From: an uncultured Candidatus Saccharibacteria bacterium | GTDB taxonomy: Bacteria > Patescibacteriota > Doudnabacteria > UBA920 | Direction of reading: 5' to 3' | Assembly: GCA_964436545.1 (NCBI GenBank) | Contig: CAYTCJ010000004.1 | Span: 59,368 to 123,367 of the forward strand | DNA length: 64,000 nucleotides | Shown here: positions 1 through 10,893 of the stretch, in pieces | Layout of the letters: the number at the start of each line of letters is the position of its first letter | How positions within the stretch are numbered: the stretch's first letter is position 1 | Translations under genes and position numbers: made by a program | The notes under the pieces: generated by a model | Databases searched by the model: none | What the model was told of the DNA's origin: nothing | Seen by the model: the letters and a program-made list of their open reading frames with translations, nothing else

Positions 1-273
1 GCAGATAATAGTAAGGCATCAAATTTTATTCTAAGAGCAATAAAAGATTTTGCTCAGCAGAAGCAAGAAAATGGGGGTTTGGAAAATGATGGGAATGATG
101 TAATTGCGATCACACAAATAAAGCAAGATTTGCAAACAGGTTATAGTATTGTTTTTACAAATGTGCCACGTGGTGCACTGTATGTAACAGTCTTACAAAA
201 AGGAGATAGTAAAAAACCATTTGTTCATGATCAAGAAATTGAATTATCTGATTTAACAAATTTAAGTGAGTAA
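1..273 (+). CDS. hypothetical protein, 5'-truncated by window edge
   Basis: Frame 1 is open from base 1 to TAA at 271-273; no recognisable motif. Confidence 0.5.
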   Translation, partial: ADNSKASNFILRAIKDFAQQKQENGGLENDGNDVIAITQIKQDLQTGYSIVFTNVPRGALYVTVLQKGDSKKPFVHDQEIELSDLTNLSE

Positions 274-306
274 GTTTAATTAAATTTAATTTAAGGAGAA
301 TAAATT

Positions 307-2178
307 ATGCCAAAAATTATAGGAATAGATTTAGGAACCAGCAATAGCGCTGCCAGCGTTATGCAAGGCGGGTCGCCGGTAATGATTCCGGCAGCCGAAG
401 GCACCAGTTTGGGCGGGAAAGCTTTTCCGTCCTATGTGGCATTTACCAAAGAAGGTCAATTATTGGTGGGGGAACCGGCGCGAAGGCAAGCGGTTACCAA
501 CCCCGAAGGCACCATTTTTGAAGCTAAGCGCAAAATGGGCACCAAGGAAAAATTTAGTATTTTAGGCAAAGATTATACCCCGGAACAAATTTCCGCTTTC
601 ATTTTGCAAAAAATTAAAAAAGATGCGGAAAGTTTTTTGGGCGAGCCGGTCGCTAAAGCGGTAATTACCGTACCCGCGTATTTTGACGACAGCCAAAGAC
701 AAGCGACTAAAAATGCGGGTGAAATTGCGGGGTTAGAAGTGGTGCGCGTAATTAATGAGCCTACGGCCGCGGCTTTTGCGTATGGCTTGGACAAAACCGG
801 CAAAGACCAAAAGATTTTAGTGTTTGACTTGGGTGGCGGAACCTTAGATGTAACCATTATGGATTTTGGCGAGCACGATGGCCAAGCGACTTTTGAAGTT
901 TTATCTACCAGTGGCGATACCAAACTTGGCGGTAAAGATATGGATAAAGCGTTAATTGATTTTATCACCAATGATTTTAAGGCGAGTAATGGCGTGGATT
1001 TGCAAAACGATAAAATGGCTATGAACCGCGTGAGGGAAGCGGCGGAAAAAGCTAAAATTGAGTTATCTACCACTTTGGAAACCGATATCAACTTACCGTT
1101 TATTACCGCAGATGCCAGCGGACCTAAGCACTTGCAAGTAAAAATTACTCGGGCCAAATTGGAAGAGCTGATAAAACCCATTGTGGAAAGAATGCGTCAG
1201 CCGGTAAGCCAAGCTTTGAGCGATGCCAAATTGACTCCGCAAAATATTGAAAAAATTATTTTAATCGGCGGACCCACTCGGATGCCCGCTGTGCAAAAAT
1301 TTGTGGAAGAGTTTATTGGCAAACAGATTGAACGAGGCGTGGACCCTATGGAAGCCGTAGCCAAAGGCGCGGCAGTGCAAGCGGGGATTTTAGGCGGAGA
1401 TGTGCAAGGTAAAGAAATTTTACTCTTGGACGTAACTCCCTTAACTTTGGGTTTGGAAACCTTAGGGGGAGTGAGAACTCCGCTTATTGAACGCAATACC
1501 ACTATTCCGACTTCCAAAAGCCAGACTTTTTCCACGGCTGCCGATAACCAAACCAGTGTGGAGATTCATGTTTTGCAAGGGGAGAGGGAATTTGCCAAAG
1601 ATAACAAGTCCTTAGGGCACTTTGTGTTAGATGGCATTCCACCGGCCCCGAGGGGTGTGCCTCAAGTGGAAGTTACTTTTGATATTGATGCCAGCGGGAT
1701 TTTAACCGTAAAAGCCAAAGACAAGGCCACGGGCAAAGAAAATAAAATCACTATTCAGGGATCTTCTAATTTAAGCAAAGAAGAAATTGAGAGAATGAAA
1801 AAGGAAGCCGAAAGCCATGCAGCGGAAGATAGAAAGCGCAAAGAAACCGTAGATATGCGCAACCAAGCCGATACGTTAATTGCCGTTTCGGAAAAAACTT
1901 TAAAAGATGCCGGAGAAAAAGTAAAAGCCGAAGACAAGACCGCGGTGGAAGAAAAAATCAAAGCCTTAAAAGACGTTAAAGATAAAGATAATATAGACGA
2001 GATAAAAAAGGCTATGGATGCTTTAAGTGAAGCTATTCAAAAAGTGGGAGCTGGTATGTATGCGGAACAGAAGCCTGAAGCTGGAAGTATGAATCAAGAA
2101 TCAGGCAAAACTACTGATAATCCTCAGGCAGGATCAGGACCGGTAGATGCGGAGTATAAGGAAGTCCCGAAAGAATAG
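307..2178 (+). CDS. dnaK: Hsp70 chaperone DnaK
   Basis: [45 protein letters not shown] motifs; followed by dnaJ. Confidence 0.99.
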   Translation: MPKIIGIDLGTSNSAASVMQGGSPVMIPAAEGTSLGGKAFPSYVAFTKEGQLLVGEPARRQAVTNPEGTIFEAKRKMGTKEKFSILGKDYTPEQISAFILQKIKKDAESFLGEPVAKAVITVPAYFDDSQRQATKNAGEIAGLEVVRVINEPTAAAFAYGLDKTGKDQKILVFDLGGGTLDVTIMDFGEHDGQATFEVLSTSGDTKLGGKDMDKALIDFITNDFKASNGVDLQNDKMAMNRVREAAEKAKIELSTTLETDINLPFITADASGPKHLQVKITRAKLEELIKPIVERMRQPVSQALSDAKLTPQNIEKIILIGGPTRMPAVQKFVEEFIGKQIERGVDPMEAVAKGAAVQAGILGGDVQGKEILLLDVTPLTLGLETLGGVRTPLIERNTTIPTSKSQTFSTAADNQTSVEIHVLQGEREFAKDNKSLGHFVLDGIPPAPRGVPQVEVTFDIDASGILTVKAKDKATGKENKITIQGSSNLSKEEIERMKKEAESHAAEDRKRKETVDMRNQADTLIAVSEKTLKDAGEKVKAEDKTAVEEKIKALKDVKDKDNIDEIKKAMDALSEAIQKVGAGMYAEQKPEAGSMNQESGKTTDNPQAGSGPVDAEYKEVPKE

Positions 2179-2201
2179 TATTAATATAATTTACGTCTTT
2201 G

Positions 2202-2318
2202 CTGTCATCCCGACCGACCGAATGCTTCTGAGGGAGTGGAGGGATCCCTTAAGTCTTGAATATATAAGGGATTCCTCGGCTCGTCGTTTAGCTGGCGGAG
2301 ACTCGCTCGGAATGACAG
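2202..2318. repeat. palindromic REP/RPE-like element (TGTCAT..ATGACA family)
   Basis: Ends CTGTCATCCCGA / TCGGAATGACAG are inverted repeats with internal hairpins. Confidence 0.75.
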
Positions 2319-2523
2319 AGGGGGTGTTTTGCAAAGGCGGAAGTCTAAGTAAGGCAAATTTGCCAGCATCTGAAGTTATGGGATCAAAGCTTGCAGAAAT
2401 AAAATTTACAGCCTCAAAAAGTAGAAATTATGAGGTATGAATTATGAATTATGGAAAAAAGTATTATTTTCATTATTTCCTTTTTGCAAGGTTTTACTAG
2501 ACAGGTAATTCTTAATTCAGCTT

Positions 2524-3702
2524 ATGTCTAAAAATTATTACGAGATTTTAGGAGTTGGTAAATCTGCTTCGGCCGACGAAATCAAACGCGCCTTTCGAAA
2601 AAAAGCTCACGAATACCACCCAGACAAGGGCGGAGGTAATGCGGAAAAATTTAAAGAAGTGAATGAAGCTTACCAGGTTTTGGGTGACGAAGGTAAAAAG
2701 AAAAATTACGATACTTATGGCACGGCCGAAGGCCCCATGGGTGGTTTTGGTGGTGGAGGGGGTCCGTTTGGTGGTTTTTCCGGCGGAGCTGGACCAGGCC
2801 CTGCCTGGGATTTTAGCGGGTTTTCTAACCAAGGGGGTATGGAATTCGATTTGGGTGATATTTTTGGGGATTTATTCGGTGGGGGTGGAGGCAGGGGACA
2901 AACCGCTTCCAGAAGAAATAAAGGGATAGATTTAGAAATGCCCATGCAAGTGAGTTTTGAAGAAGCGGTTTTTGGCGTGGAAAAAATTGTGAGTTTGGAA
3001 AAACGTGATGAATGCAAAATGTGCAAAGGCACCGGAGCGGAAGCAGGTACTAAAATCAGCACGTGTAGCAAGTGCCATGGTCAAGGGCAAATTCGCACTC
3101 AAAGAAGAACCATTTTTGGCAATGTGGCTTCGGCAGTGGCGTGTGATAATTGTGAGGGCACGGGTAAAACTCCGGACAGTCCCTGCAAAACTTGCAAAGG
3201 GGTGGGAAGTTTTCGGCAGGATAAAAAATTAAATGTAAAAATTCCCGCGGGCATAGATGACGGGCAGTCAATTCGCATACCCGGAGAAGGCGAAGCCGGA
3301 TACAGAGGTTCCAAACCCGGAGATTTATATTTGCGTTTAAGTGTTAAACCGCATAAAGATTTTGTGCGCGACGGCATTAATTTGTATAAAGATTTGCCAA
3401 TTAGTTTTACGCAAGCCAGCTTAGGGGCAAAATTATTGGTAAAAACTTTAGATGGCGAGATAGAATTAAAAATTCCCAGTGGCACCCAAAACGGAGTGCA
3501 GTTTAGAATAAAAAATAAAGGTGTGCCTCAGATAGATAATCGAGACCATCGAGGTGATTTGTTGTTAACCGCCCGCGTGATTGTGCCGACAAAACTGAGT
3601 AAAAACGAAAAAGAAATATTAAAAGCTTTAGCCAAGGAACGGGGCGAAAGTGTGGAAGTGGACAGTAATTTGTGGGACGAAATTAAGCATTCTTTTAGTT
3701 AA
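2524..3702 (+). CDS. dnaJ: co-chaperone DnaJ
   Basis: J-domain with HPD, G/F-rich linker, four CxxCxGxG zinc-finger repeats. Confidence 0.99.
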   Translation: MSKNYYEILGVGKSASADEIKRAFRKKAHEYHPDKGGGNAEKFKEVNEAYQVLGDEGKKKNYDTYGTAEGPMGGFGGGGGPFGGFSGGAGPGPAWDFSGFSNQGGMEFDLGDIFGDLFGGGGGRGQTASRRNKGIDLEMPMQVSFEEAVFGVEKIVSLEKRDECKMCKGTGAEAGTKISTCSKCHGQGQIRTQRRTIFGNVASAVACDNCEGTGKTPDSPCKTCKGVGSFRQDKKLNVKIPAGIDDGQSIRIPGEGEAGYRGSKPGDLYLRLSVKPHKDFVRDGINLYKDLPISFTQASLGAKLLVKTLDGEIELKIPSGTQNGVQFRIKNKGVPQIDNRDHRGDLLLTARVIVPTKLSKNEKEILKALAKERGESVEVDSNLWDEIKHSFS

Positions 3703-3818
3703 CCTTGGGGTATTAGCACGGAAAATTTTTTCCTCTAAAAGAGGAATTGTGGTATAATGGTTAAAGTAATATGTAGGATAAGCTGAGAAGCAGGGTTGTT
3801 GTGAAATAAAAAACAAAA

Positions 3819-4373
3819 ATGGATATTTCCACTTTTTCGCAAACTAAAGACTTAGTTCAAACTTTTAACTGGAACACGCCTTCTTGGGACTTGTTTATTT
3901 TTTTATTTTGGGCCTGTGCCAGTGTGTTTTACGCTTTTAGTGCCGGACGAGGACGCATTATCAACATTTTAATTTCCGTGTATATGGCAAAGCTGTTAAC
4001 TTTGGAAGCGCCGTTTTTAAGCCGAGCCATTGAGGGGAGTTTGCCGAGTAATTTGCTGGCGGTCCAACAGTTAGTGGTGTTTGTGTTATTATTTGTGATC
4101 TTATTTGTTTTACTCGGTCGGTATGCGTTTAAGACTTCGGCAGATCACAGAAAAATTACTTCCATAGTTTATGGTTTGATTTTTGCGATTTTACAAATTG
4201 GGTTATTAATCAATACTGTCTTAACTTTACTGCCTATGGGTGTACAAAATAGTTTTAGCCAACTCATTCAAAAACTTTTTATTTATAATCCGGCCAGTTT
4301 TGTGTGGTTGCTTTTGCCTTTAGGGTATTTGGTCCTGTTGGGCAGACATTTAAGCCATCATGATGAATTTTAA
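3819..4373 (+). CDS. multi-pass membrane protein, unknown function
   Basis: About five hydrophobic segments. Confidence 0.7.
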   Translation: MDISTFSQTKDLVQTFNWNTPSWDLFIFLFWACASVFYAFSAGRGRIINILISVYMAKLLTLEAPFLSRAIEGSLPSNLLAVQQLVVFVLLFVILFVLLGRYAFKTSADHRKITSIVYGLIFAILQIGLLINTVLTLLPMGVQNSFSQLIQKLFIYNPASFVWLLLPLGYLVLLGRHLSHHDEF

Positions 4374-4449
4374 TTTTTAGCATTTAGGGGGTAGCGTTTA
4401 GTAAGTAGCTAATTTTACTCATATTATTTACTATATAGGAATATCAAAG

Positions 4450-4854
4450 ATGCATAAACATATAGTGCTTTTAATTGATGATGACGCGTTAATCATCAAC
4501 ACGCTTAAGCAGAGGTTTGCCACAAGGGAAATTGAACTGTTTACCGCCGGTAGTCCGGAGGAAGCTAAAAGTATTTTAGAAAAAATTACTCCGCAAATTG
4601 TGGTTTTGGACTTATTGTTAACCAGAGAAGACGGCAGTAGCGGGGTGTTGGATAAATTAAAAAGCCAAGAACGATTAAAGCATATTCCGGTTTTAGTGTT
4701 AACTAATTTAGATAAACCGGAATTAAGAACAATGTTATTAGGGCAAGGGGTTAAAGAGTATTTAATTAAAGGCAGTTTAAGTCTAGATGAGTTATACGAA
4801 AAGGTGCTTAGTTATTTGGAACCTAAGGAAGAAACTCTAAATCCGAAAAACTAA
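4450..4854 (+). CDS. single-domain response regulator receiver (CheY-like)
   Basis: LLIDDD, VVLDLLL (phospho-Asp), VLTN, YLIK motifs. Confidence 0.9.
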   Translation: MHKHIVLLIDDDALIINTLKQRFATREIELFTAGSPEEAKSILEKITPQIVVLDLLLTREDGSSGVLDKLKSQERLKHIPVLVLTNLDKPELRTMLLGQGVKEYLIKGSLSLDELYEKVLSYLEPKEETLNPKN

Positions 4855-4944
4855 ACCTCTAAACAAGACATAAATTTTAAATCCGAAAAAATTACTTTGG
4901 TTATTCTGTTTGGGTTTGGTATGTGTTTGTTTAGTATTTAGAAT

Positions 4945-5847
4945 TTAGATTTTCGAATTTTTACTCCAACGTGAAAAAATTCCTGTGGATATAAAGCGGG
5001 AATTTTTTTGTTGCAAACAGAGTTCGCCGAATTCAATGTTGCCACCTCGGCCCTTGGCCATATCTTCCAGTAAATTGTTTAAGGCTACAGCCGAAGAATT
5101 AGTCGCGTAGCCGTTGATAATTAAAAATTGCGCTTGGGGTGACAAAAGTTTTAAAGCATCGTTTAACAGTTCGGGTAAATTTTGGTTAAACTTCCAAGGT
5201 TTGCCGGTGGGCGAATGGCCAAAAGCGGGAGGGTCCATAATAATCCCGTCATATTTAGCCCCTCTTTTAATTTCTCGTTTAACAAATTTTACACAGTCAT
5301 CCAGTATCCACCTCACCGAATCTTTTGGTAATTGGTTAAGTTGCCAATTTTCATTAGCCCAAGTTATGGCGGGTTTGCTGGCATCTACATGAGTCACTAA
5401 ATATCCGGCTTTGGCTAAGACCATAGTCGCTCCACCCGTGTAAGCAAACAAGTTGAGAATTTTAGGTTTTTCATTTTGATTTTTGAGGTTTGATTTTTCA
5501 ATTTTTTCCACCATCCATTCCCAATTATAGGCTTGTTCCGCAAATAAGCCGGTATGTTTAAAAGGGGAGAGTTTTAATAAGAATTGGACATTTTGGAATT
5601 TTATTATCCAAGGGTTAGGCAGGGGTTTTTTGATTTCCCATTGCCCTTTGCTGTCTTCATTGCCGGATTTAAAAATCGCCCAAGCTTTATCCCATTCGGT
5701 TTGGGGTAAGTGGGGTTGCCAAATAATTTGGGGGTCGGGTCTGGCTAAAATTACTTCCGCCCATTGTTCCAAGCGGTAACCATTGCCACTGTCCAATAAT
5801 TTATAATCCCAATTTTGACTAAAAGTTTGGAGTTCCAAAGTGTGCAT
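4945..5847 (-). CDS. SAM-dependent methyltransferase (RlmI/RlmK-like)
   Basis: LLDSGNGYRLE, FKHTGLFAEQ, LNLFAYTGGAT, DPPAFG motifs. Confidence 0.88.
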   Translation of the reverse strand: MHTLELQTFSQNWDYKLLDSGNGYRLEQWAEVILARPDPQIIWQPHLPQTEWDKAWAIFKSGNEDSKGQWEIKKPLPNPWIIKFQNVQFLLKLSPFKHTGLFAEQAYNWEWMVEKIEKSNLKNQNEKPKILNLFAYTGGATMVLAKAGYLVTHVDASKPAITWANENWQLNQLPKDSVRWILDDCVKFVKREIKRGAKYDGIIMDPPAFGHSPTGKPWKFNQNLPELLNDALKLLSPQAQFLIINGYATNSSAVALNNLLEDMAKGRGGNIEFGELCLQQKNSRFISTGIFSRWSKNSKI

Positions 5848-6189
5848 TTATTTGGCAAAAATATCAATTAAGGAAAAATTTTCTAACGTGCCGTTAATTT
5901 TAAGGACGACCGGGGTGTTTAAGAGTTTGCTGTAGTCTCTGGTGGTGAATAAATAAATAGTTTGCTCAGCAGTTTCTAACATTAAGTTACCCCTTTGGCT
6001 ATGGTTGCTAATTTTTAATACCCCAGTAAGTTCTTGGGTCGTGGGTTTGATAGTTTCCACTTGGGGATTGGTAGGGGCAGAGGTAGTTGAGGGTTGGTTC
6101 GGGCGGTCCTTTTTAATTAACCATAAACCCACTAGCACAATTACAATGCCCACAATTTGGTAAGCGTGTTTTTTTACAAAAGTATTCAT
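5848..6189 (-). CDS. membrane-anchored hypothetical protein
   Basis: N-terminal TM helix, P/T linker, small beta-rich domain. Confidence 0.65.
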   Translation of the reverse strand: MNTFVKKHAYQIVGIVIVLVGLWLIKKDRPNQPSTTSAPTNPQVETIKPTTQELTGVLKISNHSQRGNLMLETAEQTIYLFTTRDYSKLLNTPVVLKINGTLENFSLIDIFAK

Positions 6190-6253
6190 AAATTTTTGGT
6201 GAGTTAATTAAGTACTTGAAGGTAGTTTACTTTTTAACCATTAAAAAGTCAAA

Positions 6254-6709
6254 ATGTGGTATAATTTGGGTATGAATAACGGGTTAATTACCAGTCATAT
6301 TAGAGCCTATTTAAGCCATCGGCCACGATGGTATGCCTTTATTGCCGGCAGTGGCATAATTATTTTTTGGCGGGGGATTTGGCATTCGGCCGACACTTTA
6401 CATAGTTATTTTGATTCGGTTGCCAGAGGCTCCAGTATCGATTTAACCGCCTATCAATGGTGGGATGGCCCTTTGTCCTTAATTGTGGGATTTGTGGTTT
6501 TAAATTTTACCGGCACCTTTATTTCCAGTTTTATTGGGAATGAAATTATTCTAGCCGGTTTAAGGGGCGAGAAGCAGTTAGCCAGAAAAACTGAATCTGA
6601 AGTCAAAACCGAGGTGGGAGCATTGGCGGAAATTAAAGAAGAGTTGTTTTTACTTTCCACCAAACTGGAAGAATTGGAAAATAAACTTAAAAAACAAAAT
6701 TTAAATTAA
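6254..6709 (+). CDS. membrane protein with C-terminal coiled coil
   Basis: Two TM segments (IIFWRGIWH), heptad-like tail; start may be 6272. Confidence 0.65.
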   Translation: MWYNLGMNNGLITSHIRAYLSHRPRWYAFIAGSGIIIFWRGIWHSADTLHSYFDSVARGSSIDLTAYQWWDGPLSLIVGFVVLNFTGTFISSFIGNEIILAGLRGEKQLARKTESEVKTEVGALAEIKEELFLLSTKLEELENKLKKQNLN

Positions 6710-6731
6710 AATCCACCTGAAGGTGGATTTT
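6708..6731. terminator. bidirectional intrinsic terminator
   Basis: AAAATCCACCT-GA-AGGTGGATTTT between convergent gene and tRNA. Confidence 0.7.
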
Positions 6732-6771
6732 ATGATGATTTCTAAAGTCTAATACTGTTTTTAAAATATTT

Positions 6772-6847
6772 TGGTGGGAACGGTGGGGATCGAACCCACG
6801 ACAAACGGCTTAAAAGGCCGCTGCTCTACCGACTGAGCTACGTTCCC
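6772..6847 (-). tRNA. tRNA-Lys(TTT)
   Basis: Reverse complement GGGAACGTAGCTCAGTCGGTAGAGC..CGGC-CTTTTAA-GCCG..GGTTCGATCCC..CACCA folds as a cloverleaf with encoded CCA. Confidence 0.96.
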
Positions 6848-7221
6848 TTGATAGGAATGTTGTATATTTGACTAATCAATTAAATTTGGCGTATACCGAT
6901 CCCGACGCTCCTTTGGAAGTCGGGACTCCGACTTTGACGTCGGAGCTGAGCTACGTTCCCCCTACTACGTTTCCACCGTCGCCAAGGCTATGGTGGACAA
7001 GAAAGCTTCGAAGGGTGAAGGGTATTTATTGGCAATGTTTATTTTTTGCTTGCCCTCCATAGCATTTTGCGAAGGAGGGAGCTACGTTCCCAATATATGG
7101 AAATCTTTGTTATTTTACACTACTTTTAGCCTTTTATCAAGGCTGGCTTATCCACTTTAATCTTTAAGTTGGTTATGTTAAAATATAGCTAAATTATCTG
7201 AGAACCTATTAAAAAATCTTT

Positions 7222-7770
7222 ATGAGAAACAAAAATCAAAAAGGCTTTACCTCCACACCAAATTTTGGTGTGAGCCTGCCAAGCAGGCGGGGGTTCACCC
7301 TCATAGAACTTCTAGTCGTAGTGGCAATTATTGCGTTGTTAACTTCCGTGGCCTTAATTGCTTTAGTATCTGCCAGACAAAAAGCGAGAAATGCCAAACG
7401 GGCAGCCGACATGGTCCAAATGCTGAATGCTTTGGAATTGTTCAAGGCACAGCATGCCGGTTACCCGAATGACACCACTCCTCAAGATGGTATACCCGAT
7501 GGTGTATCGCCAAGATTTGCTTCTACTATTCCGAAAGCTCCGACTCCCGCTGATTCGGTGATTTGTGAAGCGAATTTCAGTCCGTGTGGCGGAGCCGGCG
7601 AACCCGCTTGTGTAATTGCCAATACTTATTACTATGTTCCCAAGGGTACTTGCGAGATAGTTAACAGTGTGGAAGTCTGTTCCGATTACGAATATTATTT
7701 TTGTTTAGGAGATAAAACGGGGAGTATTCCGGCCGGGGTAAAAATCATGGGACCAAAAGGGATAAGGTAG
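7222..7770 (+). CDS. type IV pilin / pseudopilin
   Basis: GFTLIELLVVVAIIALL class III signal; ARQKARNAKRAAD helix. Confidence 0.92.
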   Translation: MRNKNQKGFTSTPNFGVSLPSRRGFTLIELLVVVAIIALLTSVALIALVSARQKARNAKRAADMVQMLNALELFKAQHAGYPNDTTPQDGIPDGVSPRFASTIPKAPTPADSVICEANFSPCGGAGEPACVIANTYYYVPKGTCEIVNSVEVCSDYEYYFCLGDKTGSIPAGVKIMGPKGIR

Positions 7771-7859
7771 AAAAAAGCAATCAGTTTGTTAGCCAATCAG
7801 TAGTCATTAAGTCAGTAATCTGCACATTAGGGATAGGTATAGATTAAGCAAATACTAAT

Positions 7860-7890
7860 AAATTCTCCTCTGCAAAGAGGAGAATTTTTT
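7860..7890 (+). terminator. intrinsic terminator
   Basis: AAATTCTCCTCT-GCAA-AGAGGAGAATTT followed by T-run. Confidence 0.7.
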
Positions 7891-7907
7891 GTTATAATAA
7901 ATGCCAA

Positions 7908-9272
7908 ATGACCACCTACTTAAGCCAGTTAGTAACTTTAGTTTTAAAACAGCCCAATACTTTAAGCCAAATCTATAAACAGTATGGGAATTTAAGTCTT
8001 TTTGATTATGTAAATTTTTGGTCAGTAAACCGAGGTAAAGTAGATTCAGCTCTTACCCACACACTCAGTAAAGTCATTAAGGAATATTATCCTCAAGATT
8101 ATCAATCAATCGTTGAAAGTTTGTTGGCCTGTCCTATGGTTTCCACCATAGATCATTATGGTATATTAAATCATCCGTTTTTTATTAATGCTAATTTAGT
8201 TTACAGCTTAAGGCGGAATGTAAAATATTTAATTTGTTTTCCTACTGCCGGAGTTTCTTTAAACAATTCTTCTTGGCCCGGAAGTCTAATGAGGTTTTGT
8301 CCGACTCAAGCAGTTCGGTGGTCATTTTTTCCTGAAAAACTTAAGCACTTACCGGTATTGTCTGCCCCCACGATTCATTCAAATAATAAAATTTATGCTA
8401 GCTTGCCTGAGCCGGTAAAAAAATTATTTAAAGAGAATCAGATATTTTCCGCCAGTACGTATTTAAAACAAGCTTCAAGTTTAAGCAGTCATTTATGGCG
8501 AACCATTTTCCCCGAAGCGCCGTTAATGGTGTATGTGCCTTTGGAAAAACTTATTAATCAAATTTTAGTGGAGATAATTCTTCCCAACCGCAGTCATCCT
8601 TTAAATTTTTTATTATTTACTCGGGCGGGTTGGGATTTGTTAAGTAAATATTTTTGGGAAGTTAAAGGCGCCTTTGGAAAAAATTTCGGGAGTTTTTTAT
8701 TTTGGGGGATAGGGGCAACGGGCGAGCGAGTGGCCTTGGTTCAACAACAAAATTGGTTAATTGGCCAACAATTAAAATTTTCACTGAATGAGAATCAGCT
8801 TACAACCGCAATTCATTCCGGACAGTTATACCCAACTTCTTTAGTGTGTTTTATTGTGTTAATGCATTATGGTTTAACCGCTCTCGGGGGCTTTAATCAA
8901 GTTAATTGGTTAACTGAAATTAAGGCAAATTTAATCCAGCTTTGGCAAGCAGTCGGTAAAGTCGATTTGGCCAATCAATTAATGCATGTAGTTACCGAAA
9001 ATTTTGCCGAAGGTAATTTATCTTTTTTATTTTATAACGAACAAGTTTACAAACCATCGGGCATTGATATTTTGCTTAAAGCGTCTCAGGATTTGTACCC
9101 ACAGTATGTGAAATTATCCAAAAAACTTACAGTCGCCGAAAGCATAGAAACCTTGTTACCGGAAATTTATAAAATCACCGTGCCTCAAGCCCAACGAGAA
9201 CCGGGCTTGGAAAAGTTAACCGATGCAGATATGATTAAGGCATTAAATCTGACAGAAAAGTTAAAATTTTAG
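7908..9272 (+). CDS. hypothetical protein
   Basis: 454-aa ORF; no family recognised. Confidence 0.7.
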   Translation: MTTYLSQLVTLVLKQPNTLSQIYKQYGNLSLFDYVNFWSVNRGKVDSALTHTLSKVIKEYYPQDYQSIVESLLACPMVSTIDHYGILNHPFFINANLVYSLRRNVKYLICFPTAGVSLNNSSWPGSLMRFCPTQAVRWSFFPEKLKHLPVLSAPTIHSNNKIYASLPEPVKKLFKENQIFSASTYLKQASSLSSHLWRTIFPEAPLMVYVPLEKLINQILVEIILPNRSHPLNFLLFTRAGWDLLSKYFWEVKGAFGKNFGSFLFWGIGATGERVALVQQQNWLIGQQLKFSLNENQLTTAIHSGQLYPTSLVCFIVLMHYGLTALGGFNQVNWLTEIKANLIQLWQAVGKVDLANQLMHVVTENFAEGNLSFLFYNEQVYKPSGIDILLKASQDLYPQYVKLSKKLTVAESIETLLPEIYKITVPQAQREPGLEKLTDADMIKALNLTEKLKF

Positions 9273-9339
9273 CTTGATTTTTTGGAGTAAATATGCTAAA
9301 ATATACAGGCGTTTTTAAAAATTAAAGGAATTAATTGTT

Positions 9340-10884
9340 ATGAGTTTTTTTATTCGAATGAAAGAGTGGTTTACCAAAAAGCGTTTAATTTGGACAGTCA
9401 TTATTGGGCTGGTAGTGGTGCCCATGGCGGTTAAAATTATTAAAGGAGAGAATCCGGCGGATAAAATTCAGACCACTAAAGTTGCCACTAAAGATTTAAA
9501 AGCTACAGTTTTGGCTACCGGACAAGTAGTCTCGGAAACAGATTTAAACTTAAGTTTCAAAACCAGCGGGATAGTGGAACAGGTATTGGTTAAAGAAGGT
9601 GCCGTGGTCAAGCCGGGGCAAGTTTTAGCTTTGCTTTCACAAAGGGATCAATTAGCCAGCCTCACTACTGCCCGCGGGGCTTTAGCTCAAGCGGAAGCGA
9701 ACTATAATAAAGTTTTAGCCGGTGCTTCCAATGAGGACATTACAGCCATGCAAGTGGCTTTGGAGAATGCCAAGGTAAGTTTAGCCAACACTAAAAAACA
9801 ACAAGACACAGTAGTGAGTAATGCTTACAGCACTTTGTTAAATACTCCGTTCCAAGCTTTGGCTTCCACGGCGAACGCAGGTTCGGCAAGCGTTACGCTT
9901 TCTGGCACTTATGTGGGAACCGAACAAGGGGTTTATAAACTTACAATATATAACACGGGTTCGGAACAAAGATTTCAAATCAGTGGTTTAGAAAATGGTG
10001 ATGGTTTGGTAAAAAGCATTCCGGTAGCTTTGGGCAGTAAAGGGTTGTATGTGCAATTTTCAGGGACTGCTTATAGCGGAGATGTCTGGACAGTGAGTAT
10101 CCCCAATACGTTATCCTCCAGTTATGTAACCAATTACAATGCTTACCAAGCCGCGGTTAAAGCAAAAGATTTGGCGATTTCCACTGCGGAGAGTGTGGTG
10201 GCTTCCGCGCAAGCCAGTTTGGATTTGAAAAAAGCTTCGGCCAGACCGGCAGATTTACAAGTTGCTCAGGCCAGCATTCTTTCGGCGCAAGGTCAGGTGC
10301 AGTCTGCTTTGGCCAGTTTAGAGAATCAAATTATCCGGGCGCCATCGGGCGGAACCATTACCAATGTAGACATAAAAATTGGCGAATTGGCCACTGCTTT
10401 AAAAACTGTGATTGTGCTCCAAGACGTAAATAGTTTGCACGTGGAAGCCAATGTGAGCGAATCGAGTATTGCCAATTTGAAAGTGGGACAAAAAGTTAAT
10501 TTAACTTTTGATGCTTTGGGGTTGGACCGAGTGTTTACCGGAGAAATTCAAACAATTAACCCTGGAGCCACTGTGGTTTCGGGCATCATTAATTATAAAA
10601 TTATCGCCGGATTAGATACGCAAGTCGAAGCCATAAAACCGGGGATGACGGCGAATATTATTGTGTTAATTAGCGAAAAACCTCAAGTGTTAGCGGTTCC
10701 CCTGAGAGCCATTGTTAAAACTGAAGGTAAAAATTTTGTGCGAGTCATTACTGACAGTAAAACCAAAAGTTTTGAGTTAACAGAAGTAAGTTTGGGTATT
10801 CAAGCCGACGGCGGTTGGGTGGAGGTGTTGTCCGGAGTTAAAGCTGACGAGGAAATTGTAGAGAGCATTAAAGACAAAAAATAA
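9340..10884 (+). CDS. membrane-fusion (MacA/HlyD-like) adaptor subunit
   Basis: TM anchor, lipoyl-like halves (LSFKTSGIVEQVLVKEG / IRAPSGGTI), long helical hairpin, KPGMTANI. Confidence 0.9.
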   Translation: MSFFIRMKEWFTKKRLIWTVIIGLVVVPMAVKIIKGENPADKIQTTKVATKDLKATVLATGQVVSETDLNLSFKTSGIVEQVLVKEGAVVKPGQVLALLSQRDQLASLTTARGALAQAEANYNKVLAGASNEDITAMQVALENAKVSLANTKKQQDTVVSNAYSTLLNTPFQALASTANAGSASVTLSGTYVGTEQGVYKLTIYNTGSEQRFQISGLENGDGLVKSIPVALGSKGLYVQFSGTAYSGDVWTVSIPNTLSSSYVTNYNAYQAAVKAKDLAISTAESVVASAQASLDLKKASARPADLQVAQASILSAQGQVQSALASLENQIIRAPSGGTITNVDIKIGELATALKTVIVLQDVNSLHVEANVSESSIANLKVGQKVNLTFDALGLDRVFTGEIQTINPGATVVSGIINYKIIAGLDTQVEAIKPGMTANIIVLISEKPQVLAVPLRAIVKTEGKNFVRVITDSKTKSFELTEVSLGIQADGGWVEVLSGVKADEEIVESIKDKK

Positions 10885-10893
10885 TTTTTCATC

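Noticed and set aside
2147-2440. 97-aa ORF between dnaK and dnaJ
   Set aside because: Overlaps dnaK and is mostly a translated palindromic element
6868-7062. 64-aa ORF next to tRNA-Lys
   Set aside because: Made of palindromes and tRNA fragments
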